A stretch of 64,000 nt of DNA from Octopus sinensis. Taxonomy: Eukaryota. The DNA lies in assembly GCF_006345805.1 (NCBI RefSeq), contig NC_043011.1, positions 16,070,464 to 16,134,463 of the forward strand, read 5' to 3'. The position numbers and the translations under genes were made by a program. Below are positions 26,337-39,766 of the stretch, piece by piece. Position 1 is the first letter of the stretch. The number at the start of each line of letters is the position of its first letter. The notes under the pieces were generated by a model. It saw only the letters and a list, made by a program, of their open reading frames with translations, did no database searches and was not told the origin of the DNA.

Positions 26337-26389
26337 GCCTGCTGAGGTGAATTAAGGATTTATACAGAATTCGAAATCATGATCCAGGT
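26337..26389 (+). ncRNA. Type I hammerhead ribozyme motif (one core deviation) in a ~310-bp element ending at (TA)n
   Basis: gcctg-CTGAGGT-gaatt(14 nt)aattc-GAAA-tcatga-TC-caggt. Stems I and II pair and stem III is palindromic ATCATGAT; A9 is replaced by T. Confidence 0.65.
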
Positions 26390-26573
26390 ATATCTGTTAC
26401 TTCATTCTATGGCTTTTTAGCTGAGAAAACATATTAAATTCCACTCGTTTGCCCGATTTATGTTGGTTCGCTACATATATCTTCAGTAATATTACTGGTT
26501 AAGTTTGAGGCTTTTGCTTCCACTCTTTAGCAAGCTGGTGCTTCGCCTACCCTCTAATATAATTAAGAATAGA

Positions 26574-26619
<46 letters not shown>

Positions 26620-26622
<3 letters not shown>

Positions 26623-27005
26623 TACTTGTTTCAGTCATTTGACTGCGGCCATGCTGGAGCACCGCCTTTAGTCGATCAAATCGACCCCGGGACTTATTCT
26701 TTGTAAGCCCAGTACTTATTCTATCGGTCTCTATCGCTAGGTGACGGGGACGTAAACACACCAGCATCGGTTGTCAAGCAATGCTAGGGGGACAAACACA
26801 GACACATACACACATATATATATATATATATATACATATATACGACAGGCTTCATTCAGTTTCCGTCTACCAAATCCACTCACAAGGCATTGGTCGGCCC
26901 GAGGCTATAGCAGAAGACACTTGCCCAAGATGCCACGCAGTGGAACTGAACCCAGAACCATGTGGTTGGTTAGCAAGCTACTTACCACACAGCCACTCCT
27001 GCGCC
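26620..27005 (-). mobile_element. SINE family A, near full length
   Basis: Minus-strand head GGCGCAGGAGTGGCTGTGTGG...GGTTCAGTTCC; internal (TA)n. Confidence 0.9.
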
Positions 27006-27399
27006 TATGTGGTATATATATATATGGTATTTTAATATAAGCAGAAAACTTATGGCGATAACTGTGCAATGACTAAGGGAAATAACCTAACAAAGGAACA
27101 TACAGGATTGTAAAAACGGCACAATATATAAAAAAAGCCCTTCGCACTGAAATCATATAGAAAAACAAACCCTAACTATTATAGTTCTTAAATTTGACAG
27201 GAAAATTTTGAATGAATTTCGTATCAACGTTTTATTTTCTTTTCCAATGTTTTTGCTTTGATGGAAACAAAATCATGTGTCCATTTTATTCATGGGTAGG
27301 TCGTTTGCGGTTTTTGTATATGTGTGCATGTTAGGGGTTGATTTTTGTTAACTTCTTTATTACGTAGATGGTCACCGATACTTCTGCTGTTGTTACTCC

Positions 27400-27615
27400 A
27401 TCATAAAAAATCCGCTATGTCTCTGTGTGTGTGTGTGTCTTCTAGGATCTCGGGCATCCTCCATCTGATTGCGCTCAAATTTGATATGTAGCTACTGACA
27501 GTATCAGGGAGTGTATAGGTCTTGAAAAAATTACAAAAATCGATTCCAGGTTAGAATGCGATCGATAAAGCTGTGGGAACGTGCATTTGTAAAATCGTTT
27601 TTCTTTATTTCTTCT
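27400..27615 (+). mobile_element. Fragment resembling the 5' region of a non-autonomous Helitron-type element
   Basis: Short (TG)n followed by 'catctgattgcgctcaaatttg', an arrangement typical of such elements; termini not identified. Confidence 0.3.
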
Positions 27616-28599
27616 TTTTCTGGTGTCTCAAATTTAGGTTAAATCAGTGATTCTCAAAGGGGAGGCCTATGGGACAGTCGGACAACTTGTTTTGAGAAAA
27701 GTTAGTTTAAATGTTTGACAACTCAGCACCGTCCATTGGATAAGGGGGTGTTTCTCCCGTTCTTTCTATTGATATTGTGGTTAGTGTTAGTATCCATTTC
27801 CAGTATGCATGTAATGTTGTAATCCCGAGCCTTTGTTTATTGGACAGTTTCGTTTTTCTATATTTTGATACAGCATGGGTGTTTGTTACATTTTATTATT
27901 CTCACGCCAATGTCCCCGATAATATTTAGATGATATGTTTCGTATTTGTTGGAGAATTGTCCCTACACTGCACTTTCATGCATATTATATGGTACACTGC
28001 AATACGACTTTATGCAGCAAACGCGTGGATTTACTGTGCACAGACGGTGCAGAAGAGTTTCTGTTAAATCTCTTTTACGGGGGAAGAGTAACTTAATAAA
28101 TTTGCCTGTTCTTCAACCCGCTTTGATTTAAATTTCGTTCCCTCTAGTGCTTTCCTAAATTTATAGGAAAGTTATATGCCTCTTCAGTTCTTCGTATGGC
28201 TTCCTTTCATTTTCTACAGATAACAGCGTTGAGCCCTCTCCCATGTAACTCTTCCTTAGCATCATATTTCCTTTATAAATTGTGTTCGATTCCGTTAGTA
28301 GTGTCTGAAGAATTTCATATCCGCTCAGTTCTCATAAATTGCACTATGATATATATTTCACATTAACGCTGTTAGCTCTGTCACCAAGATATTTATTCTT
28401 ATATTATTTGTTGATAATGTGGAGCTCTGTAGTGTTAAGCGTTTAGCGACCAGTTGCTTTATATAAATGCTTCTGGAGTAGTTGTTTGTTGTTACCGATA
28501 AGTTATATTTAAAATTTAGAGATAACATGAATATGTTTCTGGCAATGATGAGTCCAAGCCAAACCTACCTTCAAAAAACCACTACTTGATAGGATGTGT

Positions 28600-29720
28600 T
28601 AAACCTCTTTAAAGAGACCTTCGTAATATCATAGTCGATTCAACTAGGGAATTCTTGTTGGTGGTGATTTACCCAGGCGTATGTAACTTATCTGGTGTTC
28701 CTTGATGAAATTATCCAAATTTCCTTTAAAGATCTGCTTTGATATATTTTGGGATAATGTAAAAAGAGCAAGGCCTGTTGTGGAAAAGAAATTGTTTTTC
28801 AGTGAATCAATGTGCCGTGAGCCTGAATTGTGTAGGAGACATATGTCACGTGTCCCCAATCTTGAATGTATTCTGAAACTGATGTTAAGGTCATTTAGCC
28901 AATAGTAGTAGTATATTCCCCTCACTGTGCAAATTATATAGCGCCCGCATTGGCGCTGAAGGGAGTAAGTATCCAACGGTTTAAGGTTTTCCCAATTACC
29001 AAGATCAATCATGATTTTTCCTGTTTTAGTGAATGCCTTCTGGAGTTGCTCAGTTCTCATAATGTTTCGTTTGGTGTACAAAGAACACAGGGGGCAGCTG
29101 TAAGGAGGTGGGGGGAAGTGAATGATGACATCCTGTTCTTTGGACCGAACAGTTCTGAGGATCCAGAAGCTCATCCTGCAAGTCATATTTATTTTATTGT
29201 TAATGTGACAAATCCAGCTGAAATTGTCGAATATCGGTCCCCGATATTGTGATATTGTTGGATGCAGTGAGTAGTTCTCCCGAAAGAAAACAATATGGTT
29301 GTTTAGCGCAGTCTTTTTCCAAAGTGCATGAGTTCGAATTTTCCCTCATTTAACCGCGTAATTTTATCCACCCATTAGCTTACAGCATATAGATGAGACG
29401 GGAGTTCAGTTCGGTCTTCTCCGTTGAAAATTTTCTGGCGCTTGGAGTCATCTGCGAATATCGATTTTGTTTTTTACTATGTTTGATGATGCCTAAGATA
29501 TGTTTGAGCAAGTAATGTTTCGCTCTGATGTTAAGCCTTAGAGTCGATGCTCTGTAAAATAGAATTTACAGTGTCTTCCTTAATCGGATGCATTCCTTAG
29601 TATCTTTTTATTTTGCAGTATAAGCAAAAAGGCTAGAGCCGCTAACATGAAGAAAGTGAAATGAAGCGTAAGATCTGTACATATTAAAAATTTGAGGGAA
29701 TTTCTCTGCACTGACTCTGT
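28600..29720 (-). mobile_element. CR1/Jockey-group LINE 3' portion (RT C-terminal half), decayed
   Basis: Minus strand IFADDSK (~29440-29460), MSFWILRT, YSLQRQCGRY, KNNFFSTTGLALF, FKGNLDNF are typical of CR1/L2-group ORF2 ends. Confidence 0.75.
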
Positions 29721-29809
29721 ATTTTACAGAAAACAGACTGGATCGATAGCAGTGTTGACATAGAGATTCTTGCACTCTTTTAAAAGACGTGACGTTACAG
29801 CTTAATGGT

Positions 29810-30295
29810 TATTGTAAACACATTGTACGGCCGCGAGCTGGCAGAAACATTAGCACGCTGGGCGAAATGCGTAGCAGTATTTCGTGTGCCTTTACGTTCT
29901 GAGTTCAAATTCCGTCGATTAAATAAGTACCTGTTACGCACTGGGGTCGATATAATCGACTTAATCGGTGTGTCCGTCCTTGTTTGTCCCCTCTATGTTT
30001 AGGCCCTTGTGGGTAGTAAAGAAATAGGTATTGTAAGCACATTGTAAGGCGGCGAGCTGACAGAAACGTTGGCACGCCGGGGGAAATGAGTAGCCGTATT
30101 TCGTCTGCCGTTACGTTCTAAGTTCAAATTCCACCGAGGTCGACTTTGCCTTTCACCCTTTCGGGGTCGATTAAATAAGTACCTGTTACGCACTGGAGTC
30201 GATATAATCGACTTAATCCGTTTTTCTGTCCTTGTTTGTCCCCTCTGTGTTTAGCCCCTTGTGGGTAGTAAAGAAATAGGTATTGTAAGCACATT
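29810..30295 (+). mobile_element. SINE family B head-to-tail dimer with a 15-bp direct repeat present three times
   Basis: tattgtaa(a/g)cacatt at 29810, 30029 and 30281; each unit starts ggc(g/c)gcgagctg and has B-box GTTCAAATTCC. Confidence 0.92.
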
Positions 30296-30676
30296 AGAAT
30301 CACCTAGTGACACGACACTTACCACCAATAAAATTAAACAGCATTTAGAAACGGGCAATGACCACCGCTATAACCGAAGCAGGAGTATACAGCAAACATC
30401 AACGAGACCTATTTTCCAACTACGAGCACTCAGACATGATTTTAAAATTTGTACTAAAAATAAAACAAGCAAATGAAAATACAATGAAAATAAACAGAAT
30501 GACAACAGAAGAGGAGCACAAGAGCACGCATTCTCAGTAACATCGGAATGTTACACGCCAACATAGAATTGGGTCCTGACAATATATAAATACAGCTTGA
30601 TAACACTCACATGGTACTTGACTACCCACATGTAAGTAGTATTTCACATTACAAAATAGTATTGCACACACAAACG

Positions 30677-30714
<38 letters not shown>

Positions 30715-31035
30715 CACAATAACAAAACATCAGTTGAGAATCTGAAATCATTGAAAGTTTACTGAGTAATAAATACGTCTGTTACTGTAGATACAACTGT
30801 ATTCAACCGGGACCGGTGAATGTGTTTATTGCGAATAATTTTGTTGTATACTATAACAACATTATTTTCAACAGACGATTACCAATCATCATGATCACCA
30901 AAGTATATTTAAAAAATCATATATGTATAATCCAACTAGGCGCTGATGCAGCTATTACTAATAAGAAGTTCAGCTATTGGTATGGAACACAAATATATTT
31001 TTGGATAGGTTTTGGAGATTAATGACACTGATATG

Positions 31036-31230
31036 CTGTGGTTGTCCCCCTAGCATTGCTTGACGACCGATACTGGTGTGTTTACATCCCCGTCACTTAG
31101 CGGTTCGGCAAAAGAGACCGATAGAATAAGTACCGGGCTTACACAGAATAAGTCCCGGGGTCTATTTGCTCGACTAAAGACGGTGCTCCAGCATGGCCGC
31201 AGTCAAATGACTGAAACAAGTAAAAGAGAG
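31036..31230 (+). mobile_element. SINE family A, 3' half
   Basis: Reverse complement of 26620-26800. Confidence 0.88.
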
Positions 31231-32569
31231 AGTAAAAGAGTATGTTAATGAAATATATAATTTTCCTGCCAGATAGATTGAGCTCACCTTTAGAGAAGTT
31301 TGAATGAAAAGCGTAAGAGTAAATATAAACCTCTACGTCATATAATCGAATGTTTTCTCAGAGGAATTTAGCAGCAACCTTTTACCTTGAGGCGGTTGAT
31401 ACTAGTATAACTTTTAGGTATTTCTCAGAGTACACACATATAAACATATATTTCACTGGGGTAATGTTTGAACTCAGAATGTATATAGACGTAAGTACAC
31501 TCTCCTGTGTTTGGCGATTATAGAGAACAAGTGCTGAAGCGAACAACGTAATTTCAGTTCTCAGAAATAACAATAAAATAATATTATATAGCTGGTGATT
31601 CACACTCGATTATATGAAAAGTTATCAGAAGCAACCGAACTGTCTCCCACTCCATAGGAGATGTAATTTATTACGTTGTATATCGATTTCCATAAATATC
31701 TCTCGAATACAATGGCGTCGCAAAAAGTGTTTTAAAAAGTTTCAGTTAATTATGCATTAGACACCTCATGTTTCCTTTATCTGCATAACCCAAACTTTTA
31801 AATTTCTTACCATTGACAGTGATGTGCTTCAATCAATGGAATATTTTCGTCTTACGTTCTTCTGTCACTTTGCGACGGGTGTTTCAGATATCCAGTTAAT
31901 TATTGTTTTGCGACATTGTTATATCATTATGAATATTAGATATAATAATGATTGATGTCACTCTTCTGTTGTGAATACTATAAAAGTTGAGTCCGTACAC
32001 ATCTTGATCCGCATTTAAAACGCAAATATCGTAAAACTGGTATCAAGATTATTTGGCTTTCAAAATGTGTGATGCGAGTGTCACTAGATGCGTTAACTTC
32101 GTAAACATTCGTTAACATCGTAGATTCACTTACGAATAGTAGAAAGATGAACGACAAAGCTGGCTTCTATCAGATATGAACTCAGAAAGACTCGAACTAG
32201 CACGAAAGTATTATGAGACTCTACAACTATCACAAAGACTTGAACTATCACAGACCCTTTTGAAAGGCACTATAACGAGTTCGCAACGCACCACAGACTA
32301 ATTGAAAAAATGACTATCTTCATATTTAAGGGATTAACATCAATTGATATACTGCGTTTTGCTTTTTAAAAAAAAAATTAACGAGGATTTCCAATACTAG
32401 AAGACAAGACATATATTCTAACGTCCCATTTTACTGCCTCTAGCATACAGATCCCAATTTCATTGTCTACAGAATAAACTGTTCATTCAAATGTCTTGGC
32501 GATTGATTAATTGTCATTCATGTGGAAGATGTCCCCTATTGAAGGATTATGATTTTGGTCTATACTCTA

Positions 32570-34130
32570 ATGAAACAGTGTATTCCATTCAAACCACATA
32601 GTTTCCATTTTGCTACTTTTTTAAGCTTAAATCTCAATGAATACATATCACTTCTGACATCCCTTTGTCTTGGTATAGCTGCAAATACTCTCTCCTCTCT
32701 CCACCTGTGTTAGCCACTCTGCACTTTCTTTATATTTCACCTGACCTGTTCCAAAGTTCTCCCCAAAATTCTTAACTTTTTTATGCATATGCAACAAATT
32801 CCTTATGTCAAAACGATATCTTCTATTTGACTGAAACAACCTGTCCAGTTCCGAATATTTGCATCTAACATATATTTTGAAATTTGGCCTTTAACGTTGT
32901 TATTTTTTGTGAGAATCTTTCATGTATAGTTTGCTTACACCGTTCTAACCACTATTATGCATTCAATGTTCAATGTTCTGCTTTCTGTCACATTTCGAGC
33001 TCTCCTCTTATTGTCCTAATGAATTTATCCACTTCTTTCCGTGCTTTTCCCAACTACATTCGTATTCGTTTCCTTTAGTTTAGCTTTTTTTTCTTTTCAT
33101 TCGCCTTCTTTCCTTGAACAGTCTTCCGCTTGTACCATGTTACGTCAGATACAACATAAGCAGCAGCTATGACTAGCTGGTTTGCTTATGTTTAAACCAA
33201 GTTCAAAATGCTGTTTATATTGCGTGTAACTCTCTTTATATTCTGTTATTCATATACCTTACGTTTCGCGGATTTCATTGTTCATACCACATAATTTACC
33301 TTGCAGCATTTCTAGAATCTCCTTCCCTTTATCGTTTCAGTATTGTAGATCAGGATCATATTGTGTACTTCATCAGTCACATAGTGACCTTTTTCATTTT
33401 CTCCATCTCTTATCCACTTCACTGTCATTTTTTGATACGCTCTTCCTGTTCATCTTTTATTCTTCTCTGAATTTCATTTCTACGAATTGCCCTGTCTGGT
33501 CTATCAATCGTTGGGTGAGACCTTCAAAGATTCTCCATCCCATATTCTCTTCATTAATTTCATGAAACTACATTTATTTGGCTCACTTTCCAGCCAGCAA
33601 TCAATCGGAATCTTGTTTACCTTTTTTCCTCATTTCCTCTCCCTCCCTCTGCACTTTTAATTTTGCTTAAAGTCCTCATCATTGGCTTGATATCGACCTG
33701 CAGGAGCTTCATTAGATGCCATTTTCCTGCTGTACGTGATACCTTCCTTCATAACTTTTTAAGTTCTGTTATGATTATTAATTGAATATGACATTTCTCA
33801 TTTTTAGGTAGCATTTATAAGGCTGTGCCAATATCTTTTTCATTACACCATCACTAAGAGGGCCAACCAAGTCCCAGAGAGTCCACGCCTACCGTCATAT
33901 ATACAGTTGGATAGTTGTTGACTGCCATGTGTTCATCCATCCTTAGAAGACCGTTTTTTTTCTTTATGCTGGGTGTCCAGATTCCAATTATCGCCCTCCT
34001 CATCAACCACGCTTGGTAAGCTTGACAGTTTAACTGCCAAAGTCCCAAAATTTCATATATTTCTTTTAGGCGTAATCAGAACATACTAATCAAAACCAGA
34101 CGCTTGCCAGACGTTCGCTCCAAGCCAATG
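32570..34130 (-). mobile_element. Old R4/Dong-like LINE 5'/N-terminal relic
   Basis: Minus strand RLFQSNRR..FWGELWN..KESAEWL matches the pre-RT region of R4-clade ORFs (compare QNKQFNSNPKKF..FWEEIW at 10580-10700). Confidence 0.6.
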
Positions 34131-34821
34131 CAATAAGTACAAAATATACAACTGAGGTCCCCCTACTCACCATTTCCCACCACCGCTGCTTGATAAAAAA
34201 ACATTTACTTTTATGTTTTATATCGATTTTATTTTTACTCTAGTTCTAATTATTATTATTACTACCCTCGGCACAACTACAACTGACGTCATTATTACTT
34301 TTACAAGCTCTGCCACTTTTCCTATCTCTATCACTACCAATTTCGCTATTGCTATCATTATTACTATATTGTCAATCTTTATAACAAACTTTATTACGTT
34401 TTCCAGTATATGTGGAGGGGTGGGATTGGGTTTTCGCATCGGCGAAACGCAAGTAAGTTTTCAAATGTTGGAGATATAAGCGAAACACAATAGAAATTTC
34501 AACTATGCCCTGAGGTTTGATTGATTGATTGATTGATTCTAGTTTTGAGAAAAGGAAAACAAATTATAGAAAAAGGGTTTTATATTATATTATTCTACGT
34601 ATAAAAGAAGTAGACAAATGATTTTCTTTAGTCTTTAAATTCCTGCTTACGCTTTCATCAGTACAAACAGCGATCATAGGGTCAAGCGAAAGAAATAACA
34701 ATGTTATAATATTTAAATTCCTTGCACTGTTCTGAAGGGGGAGAGTGAGAGAGAGAGAGAGAGAGAGTTCCAGCAAGCCTTCCAACGATAATAAGAAACG
34801 AAAATAGCATTATTATTATTA

Positions 34822-34856
<35 letters not shown>

Positions 34857-35205
34857 TTTTTTTCCTTCTTTCAAATTTGCTTCCATTTCTTGCCGAGTGT
34901 CTTCCCGACTCCTAGGGCAAAGAAACTCATAGTATACATTGGTAGGCCATTAAACCAAACTCAATAGTTCGTTCATTTTTTTTTTTTAAGTTAAATTAAA
35001 ATACATGAGCAGCAACAGTTCTCACATCGACAATGCTCTTCTCAATACGTGTGATGTACCAGTTAAGACAATCTTTTGCACTTCTTGCAGGGATGGTAAG
35101 CCAGGGATCATTCTCATATAATTTTCGGTTCCCTTGTAGATATTGGCCAGTGTAGATATTGGCCAACTCTGTCATGTCTTAATTTATACTCCACTTATGT
35201 CTTAA
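34857..35205 (-). mobile_element. R4/Dong 3'-terminal fragment (family 2)
   Basis: Minus strand LQEVQKIVLTGTSHVLRRALSM*, then 3' UTR into (TAA)n. Confidence 0.85.
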
Positions 35206-35212
35206 TTTATGC

Positions 35213-35252
<40 letters not shown>

Positions 35253-35270
35253 CATTATTATTATTATTAC

Positions 35271-35311
<41 letters not shown>

Positions 35312-35319
35312 TATTATTA

Positions 35320-36428
35320 CTTTGTTTGACTTTTGCTTTACTTTTGGGAAGTTGGCTCCAAGTCTTCTCAGAGACCTCAAGAGACAACGAGTTAGAAGTT
35401 CATGTTGGTGTTATGCCTAGGGTGCTATATATTTAGTTTTGTACATAGTGTTGTTCTTGAGAATATTTAAGAAACCTTTAAAAATTATGTGTTTGTTGTG
35501 AAATTTTAGATTACATAGTATTTTACGTAGGAAATGGGCAGTTCCCATAAGCACTATCTTCTTAATTGCTGCCATTTTGGGGTTTCCGGGTATCTGAAAT
35601 AGATAGCAATCAGCCCCTTTTGCTATCATTCCTCGGGCACCTATGACAACAGGTATTGTTTTAGTCTTAAGGTTCTACATTTTGCTAATTTCTATTTCTA
35701 GATCTTTATACTTGCTCAGTTTTTGGTAGGTTTTGACAGATATGATTGGGATAGTCATATCAATGAGGAGGCATTTTTTTGTCTGAAGCTTTTCAATATG
35801 ATGACTGGCTTATATGTATCTATCTTTCTGTTAGTTTGAATGGTGAAGTTCCAGAGGAGTGAGATTTGATCATTTTCAAGCACTGGAGGTGGTTTGTGTT
35901 CCCACCATATTTTATCGTGGGGCAAGCCCAGTTTTTGGCAAATTACCCAGTGAATGTATTGTGCAGCTGTACCGTGCCTGTTGAGATACTCTGTAGGCGT
36001 TAGAAGACTGCACATGGAAACAACATGATCAATGGTTTCATTTTGTTATTGACATACAGAACATGTTGGGAAGCTACCGTTCTTTAATATGTTGACCTGT
36101 TAGTTCTTTATAGGTAGGTATTGATCTTGGGCTGCTAAGATAAATCCTTCTGTTTCTGATTTTAATCCAAAAGCCATTAGCCATTGATGGCTAAGGTCTT
36201 TGTCAACATCGGCATTATTCGCTCTATTTGGGTATTTGCCATTCAGAGGTTTTTCTTGCCGTTTATGAGTCAGAATAGCTAAGGCAGCAGTTTTAGCACG
36301 GGTTTTCATAAAATTCACTTTTAGTGCACTTGTTTCTAGTATGTCTAATTCTGTAATTTGTTGTATTCGGAATTCACTTAGATATTCCTTTGCCTGTTTT
36401 GTTACTGAGTATGATGCTTTCTTGTTTT
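35320..36428 (-). mobile_element. 5'-truncated R4/Dong element (family 3): CCHC plus restriction-like endonuclease region
   Basis: GLKSETEGFILAAQDQ, YLNRHGTAAQYIHWVIC, LLWNFTIQTNRKID, KIVLMGTAHFLRKIL; same family as 46597-47478. Confidence 0.9.
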
Positions 36429-36448
36429 CATTATTATTATTATTATTA

Positions 36449-36484
<36 letters not shown>

Positions 36485-36531
36485 CATCATCATTATTATT
36501 ATTATTATTATTATCATTATTATTATTATTA

Positions 36532-36583
<52 letters not shown>

Positions 36584-36605
36584 CATCATCATCATTATCA
36601 TCATC

Positions 36606-36640
<35 letters not shown>

Positions 36641-36671
36641 TATCATTATCATTATTATTATTATCATTATT
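36429..36671. repeat. (ATT)n/(ATC)n microsatellite
   Basis: Directly visible. Confidence 0.97.
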
Positions 36672-37613
36672 GAGTTATGTCTTGGTTTTACTTTAATTTA
36701 TATGAGTTGCACCCAAATCTTAATCAGGAACGTCAAGAGACAACAAGATTTTGCATCAGATGTTAGCCGGTGAGGAGCCATGCAACTGAAAACACAGAAG
36801 AGAGAAAAAAGATCCCAGGTGAGCAAGTGAGCATTTACCTGAAGAAGCGTTTAAGTAAGATATGTGAGGTGATCATAAGTAGGACCTTTGTAGTTCGTTT
36901 ATTTTGGGGCTGTCGGGGCTACTAAATGAAATCCCAAAAGATGGTAACCTCGGCATTCTGGGCAACTTATGGCAGCTTATATTCCGATTAATTGTTCTCA
37001 TGAAGGAGGTTGTATGTGCTGCATCTTGACCACTGTATGTACAAAGCTGCAAGTATTCTATTGGTAGCCAGTCTGATGTGTCAAGAGACTATATCAGCGG
37101 CTGTCTTTGGGCGCTCTTCGCATATGCGGCGTGTTCAGCTGCTTTCATATTTCAAGACAATACTAATAATTCCTAGCTGGAAGGAACTGGTCCAGAGCAG
37201 CAATGATTTGCGTCTCAGTTTCTGGTTTGAAACAGAGCATGACAGCCACTAAGGAATAAGTGTTTGATCTACGTCAGGATCCCATTTTCTAGTCGGGCAT
37301 TTGCCATGCTATATCCATTTATTCCATTCCTCTTTAATGTATAGGAGGTTGGCTTGTGTGGCTATGATTTTTATTTATTTTGTTTGTTGAAGTCATCTTT
37401 TTCTGTGGGTACTGGTTCATCTTGTCGCATTTCTGTTCGTTGTACGTCGCTTGAATGTCTCACGGTTAATATTTTAAATGAGTGTTGAGATCCCAGGACA
37501 CCTTCCTTTCTCGGGAAGTATATCTTACTCCTTCTATGTTTTTGGTGATTCATATGATGCATTGCCATCAGCTTCCGTATTTTGACATCAACTCTGCTGA
37601 TCCCATAAACATA
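36672..37613 (-). mobile_element. 5'-truncated, decayed R4/Dong element (family 4)
   Basis: Minus strand DVKIRKLMAMHHMNHQK..IYFPRKEG and HGKCPTRKWDPDVDQ; 3' end abuts (TAA)n. Confidence 0.75.
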
Positions 37614-37719
37614 GTTCTTCTTCTTCTTCTTCTGCTCTACTTCTTTTTCTTCATCTTCTTCTCCTCCTCCCCTTCCTTCTACTTATTGATGGTATTAGTC
37701 AAATATGTATGTAATAGAG

Positions 37720-37726
37720 AGTAGTG

Positions 37727-37802
<76 letters not shown>
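37720..37802. repeat. (TAG)n microsatellite
   Basis: Directly visible; a similar tract lies at 39410-39575. Confidence 0.97.
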
Positions 37803-38145
37803 CCAGAGGCTGCATACGTTTTCCAACGGAAATAAGGCGGTGAGATGGCAATATCTTTACCATGTTGGACAATTACACAGTGGCATCTCTTCCGCGGTTA
37901 ACCCTTTCCGCAAGGATTGCTGATCCCGTGCCAAATTCTCAACCATCTTTGCATTCTTAAGTACATAGAAATTTTAATACATACACACTGACACACACAC
38001 ACACATATATAAAAAAAACTTCGATGCAGCTTTGATTCTTTAAGGTTGCCCACACTGTATGATTATTCAGGAAGAAAGGTAAAGTCTGAAGCGCATTAAT
38101 TTTCTGGCTATAGAAAATATTCACTACAGAAAACACGCAATCGCA

Positions 38146-38190
<45 letters not shown>

Positions 38191-39433
38191 CTTGAGAATA
38201 TAGCCACAAGGGAAGAAAGCCTGTGTCCCTTATCTGTTGTTATTTTTCCCATCTTACATATATTACTGTGCATTTCATTTATATATGCAGCTCATAATTC
38301 TGCTCTGATACAAATGCATTGCATTTTACTTTTGTGTTTGACTTTCATACTGATTTTTCATTGCATATGATAATTCAATTCTTTCCCCGGAAGCATTATA
38401 ACATGGCGTCCATGTCTTTATTACACGGTCAGTGTGTACTGATAAATCCCGCTCGATGTTACATCATACATTTTCAATAATAGTTTCGGGTTTGTGTGAG
38501 TTCCATTTTCCATTCACCTAGAATCCGTATTGCCCACTAATCCCTCTGCGTATTTTTCGCCAACGTCTCGCATTTTGTTCTCTATTCTGTTATACAAGCT
38601 TGCTAATTTGATACTTTCATCTATTTTGCAACGCTTCTGATATTTCCTATCTTCCAGTTTCCAGCTCTTTTTTTCTTTTTCTTCTCAATGTTTGCTTTTT
38701 AAGAATCTTCCTACTAATCACTTGTTCGTGGGCAGAAAACGAGCTACGCTATTTCTTTCTGTAATCTTCCATGTTCATTCACGAAAATTTTCTTTCTTTC
38801 ACTGATACGTGTCTTTTACATTTCTCTTCAAATGTCAAAAATAATATTCTTCCTTCGTGTAAAGAATCTGATTTAAATTGCCCACAGCATTTTAGGTTAT
38901 ATCAGTCAACTACTTTTTTTATCTCTTGTTTTATAATTAAAATTTTCAAACACATTTACAACTCAAGCAACATTGTTTAATCTCAGTTATTTGTTTTTTC
39001 AACTTTTCTCTGCGTGTGAGTATGTATATATATGTGTGTGTGTATGTGTGTATGCGTGCATTTGTGTGTATATTTTGTCCCTTATGAATATCAAAACAGA
39101 GTGGAAAAAAACATTTTACTTATAGTGGTTGCAAATTTTTAGTTAAGGACGGAAATTTTAAGGGAAGGGTATGTGAATTACAATAGTCCTAGTACTTGAT
39201 GGTTGCTTTATTTTGTAGACCCCCAAAGAATGAACGGCAAAGCTGACACTGCGGGATTTGAATTCAGAACGAAAACAAACTATACTAAATGTTACGATGC
39301 AGGTTGTCCGATGCGCTAATGATTCTTCTGGCCCGCTACTTTCGTTCTAATTATAATGGAATGAAATTTTATTCAGAATAAATTTGAGGACGAAGAGAGT
39401 GAGTAAGTGGCAGTAGTAGCAGTGTCTGTAGTA

Positions 39434-39481
<48 letters not shown>

Positions 39482-39538
39482 TGGTGGTAGTAGTAGTAAT
39501 TGTAGTAGTAGTAGTAGTAGCGATGGTAGTAGTAGTAT

Positions 39539-39575
<37 letters not shown>

Positions 39576-39766
39576 TTTGTTGTTGCATTGATAGTACAAG
39601 AAAAATTAGTAGTAGCGGATTTAGCTGTATTATTTTATTGTTTTGCTCTCACTCAGAAGAGAAGATGTGGTCGCCATAGACCAGATGTCTGAACTTAATG
39701 GATTAGATGTCTGAAATTGGCGTATTTTCTCAGTCCCTTCATACGGATTTTTAAAAATAATTTTAA

